This document shows positions 62,895 to 64,000 of a stretch of DNA of 64,000 nucleotides, in pieces. The notes under the pieces were generated by a model, which saw only the letters and a list, made by a program, of their open reading frames with translations, had not been told where the DNA came from and ran no database searches. The stretch is from Meyerozyma guilliermondii (taxonomy: Eukaryota). Every line of letters begins with the position of its first letter. Position 1 is the stretch's first letter. Made by a program: the position numbers and the translations under genes. The stretch covers positions 372,001-436,000 of the forward strand of contig CP128815.1 of NCBI GenBank assembly GCA_051546255.1. The letters run 5' to 3'.

Positions 62895-64000
62895 ATGCTT
62901 CGACTACGCATTCTGACCGGTGTGTGCCAATACAGTACTGCAGCCCAGACACTGTACCACCCCGAAATATACAAGGATATCATCACATCGGGATATCTGG
63001 CGGTGAAAAATCTTTTACCTGAACAATGTTCTAACCAGCAATTTGTCACTGATAACGACGACGATTTGGAGGCGCTCGCACGGCGTTTTGACGGTCCGGT
63101 GGAGTTTACGTTTGGCTACGGGTCCGGGGTGTTTGACCAGGCGGGGTACACGAAGCGAGCAAAGCCGCAAATAGACATGATCCATGTAGTAGATGATGCT
63201 TGCAATTTCCACACCACCAATTTGCGACAGTTCGGCAACCATTATTCCGGTCTCAAGTATTTGGGCGGAGCCCCCACCATCCTGGCAGTCCAGCAGTGGG
63301 GTGGCGGAGTTTATTTTAATCCATTTGTGGCCATGGCTAGTGGCGGCAAAACCCATCTTCTCAAGTATGGTGTCACCACATTAGAGCTGTGTCTTCGAGA
63401 TTTGTGTGAGTGGAACTCGCTTTATGTTGCTGGCAGATTACAGAAACCGGTCAAATTTTTGCGGCAAGAAAACAAGTATATTGAACTTGTTAATCAGTAC
63501 AACTTGAAGAGTGCACTCACATTAGCATTATTATTGGCACCAGCCAAATTTGATGAAGTCAAGCTATACGAAACCATAACCCTGGTATCGTATATGGGAG
63601 ATCCCAGAATGGCAATTGGGGGCGAGAATCCCAAAAAAATACAAAATATTGTGAACAAACAATTTACAAAATTCCGCCATTTATATGCTCCGATCATGGA
63701 GCACATGGTGGATGGTCACACATTGGTGAGAACCGGGGGTGAGGTTGGTCGGTTTGAGAAAAAGGAGTTCACGCCGGAATACGTTAGCAGCCTTGTGCAG
63801 CAATTGCCAATTGGGTTCAGACGCACCCTCGGCGTCACTTCACCTTCTGGTGCGATGGAATTTGCATTGGATAAGAAACGCCGCAGCCGACTAATTTTGG
63901 CAGTGCGCCAAACAGTTAGGATACCTGCAGCCATTCAAACTCTCAAAGGTGTACTTACTGCGGGCATTACCAAGTCGGTCAAATATGCATGGGAGAAAAA
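62895..64000 (+). CDS. TAM41: Mitochondrial CDP-diacylglycerol synthase Tam41 (runs off window end; absent from ORF track)
   Basis: ATG 62895; FGYGSGVFDQAGY, PQIDMI, HYSGLKYLG, GVYFNPF, LKYGV, LYVAGRLQKPV, SYMGDPRM. Confidence 0.92.
   Translation, partial: MLRLRILTGVCQYSTAAQTLYHPEIYKDIITSGYLAVKNLLPEQCSNQQFVTDNDDDLEALARRFDGPVEFTFGYGSGVFDQAGYTKRAKPQIDMIHVVDDACNFHTTNLRQFGNHYSGLKYLGGAPTILAVQQWGGGVYFNPFVAMASGGKTHLLKYGVTTLELCLRDLCEWNSLYVAGRLQKPVKFLRQENKYIELVNQYNLKSALTLALLLAPAKFDEVKLYETITLVSYMGDPRMAIGGENPKKIQNIVNKQFTKFRHLYAPIMEHMVDGHTLVRTGGEVGRFEKKEFTPEYVSSLVQQLPIGFRRTLGVTSPSGAMEFALDKKRRSRLILAVRQTVRIPAAIQTLKGVLTAGITKSVKYAWEK

Noticed and set aside
62756..63934. Short ORFs listed at the window end
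   Set aside because: Antisense or off-frame to TAM41, which the track missed because its stop lies outside the window.

Overview
Eukaryotic (budding yeast) chromosomal DNA from the CUG-Ser clade. CTG codons fall at invariant serines (PPQ1 'F[S]APNY', DBP3 'IHGDL[S]QQQR', RRP6 'DE[S]VRY'), so the supplied translations misread some Ser as Leu. Compact gene spacing suggests Metschnikowiaceae, plausibly Candida (Candidozyma) auris or a relative (inference). Most of the window is core genes: RRP6, PHO80, PPQ1, FPY1-like, ALA1, MAC1, HSF1, LYS14-like and ARG81-like zinc clusters, DAK, a GPI cell-wall protein, ERO1, DBP3, PAN2, TCO89-like, RTC6, SEC21, an OPT transporter, CTR86, THR4 and a partial TAM41. 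The first ~18.5 kb is accessory-like. It contains (i) a GH88 unsaturated glucuronyl hydrolase + C2H2 transcription factor + aldo-keto reductase group next to a decayed AYR1-type pseudogene, and (ii) two near-identical 327-bp TA-flanked MITE-like elements in inverted orientation, each with an internal ~22-bp phased motif array. These bracket an Old Yellow Enzyme gene and two homologous microproteins, giving a composite-transposon or invertible-cassette-like 4.8-kb unit. Other features the ORF track misses or mis-starts: a 38-aa a-factor pheromone precursor with a CAAX box and pheromone/a-specific promoter motifs, two very short introns (42 and 45 nt), and a five-unit heat-shock element upstream of HSF1 itself.
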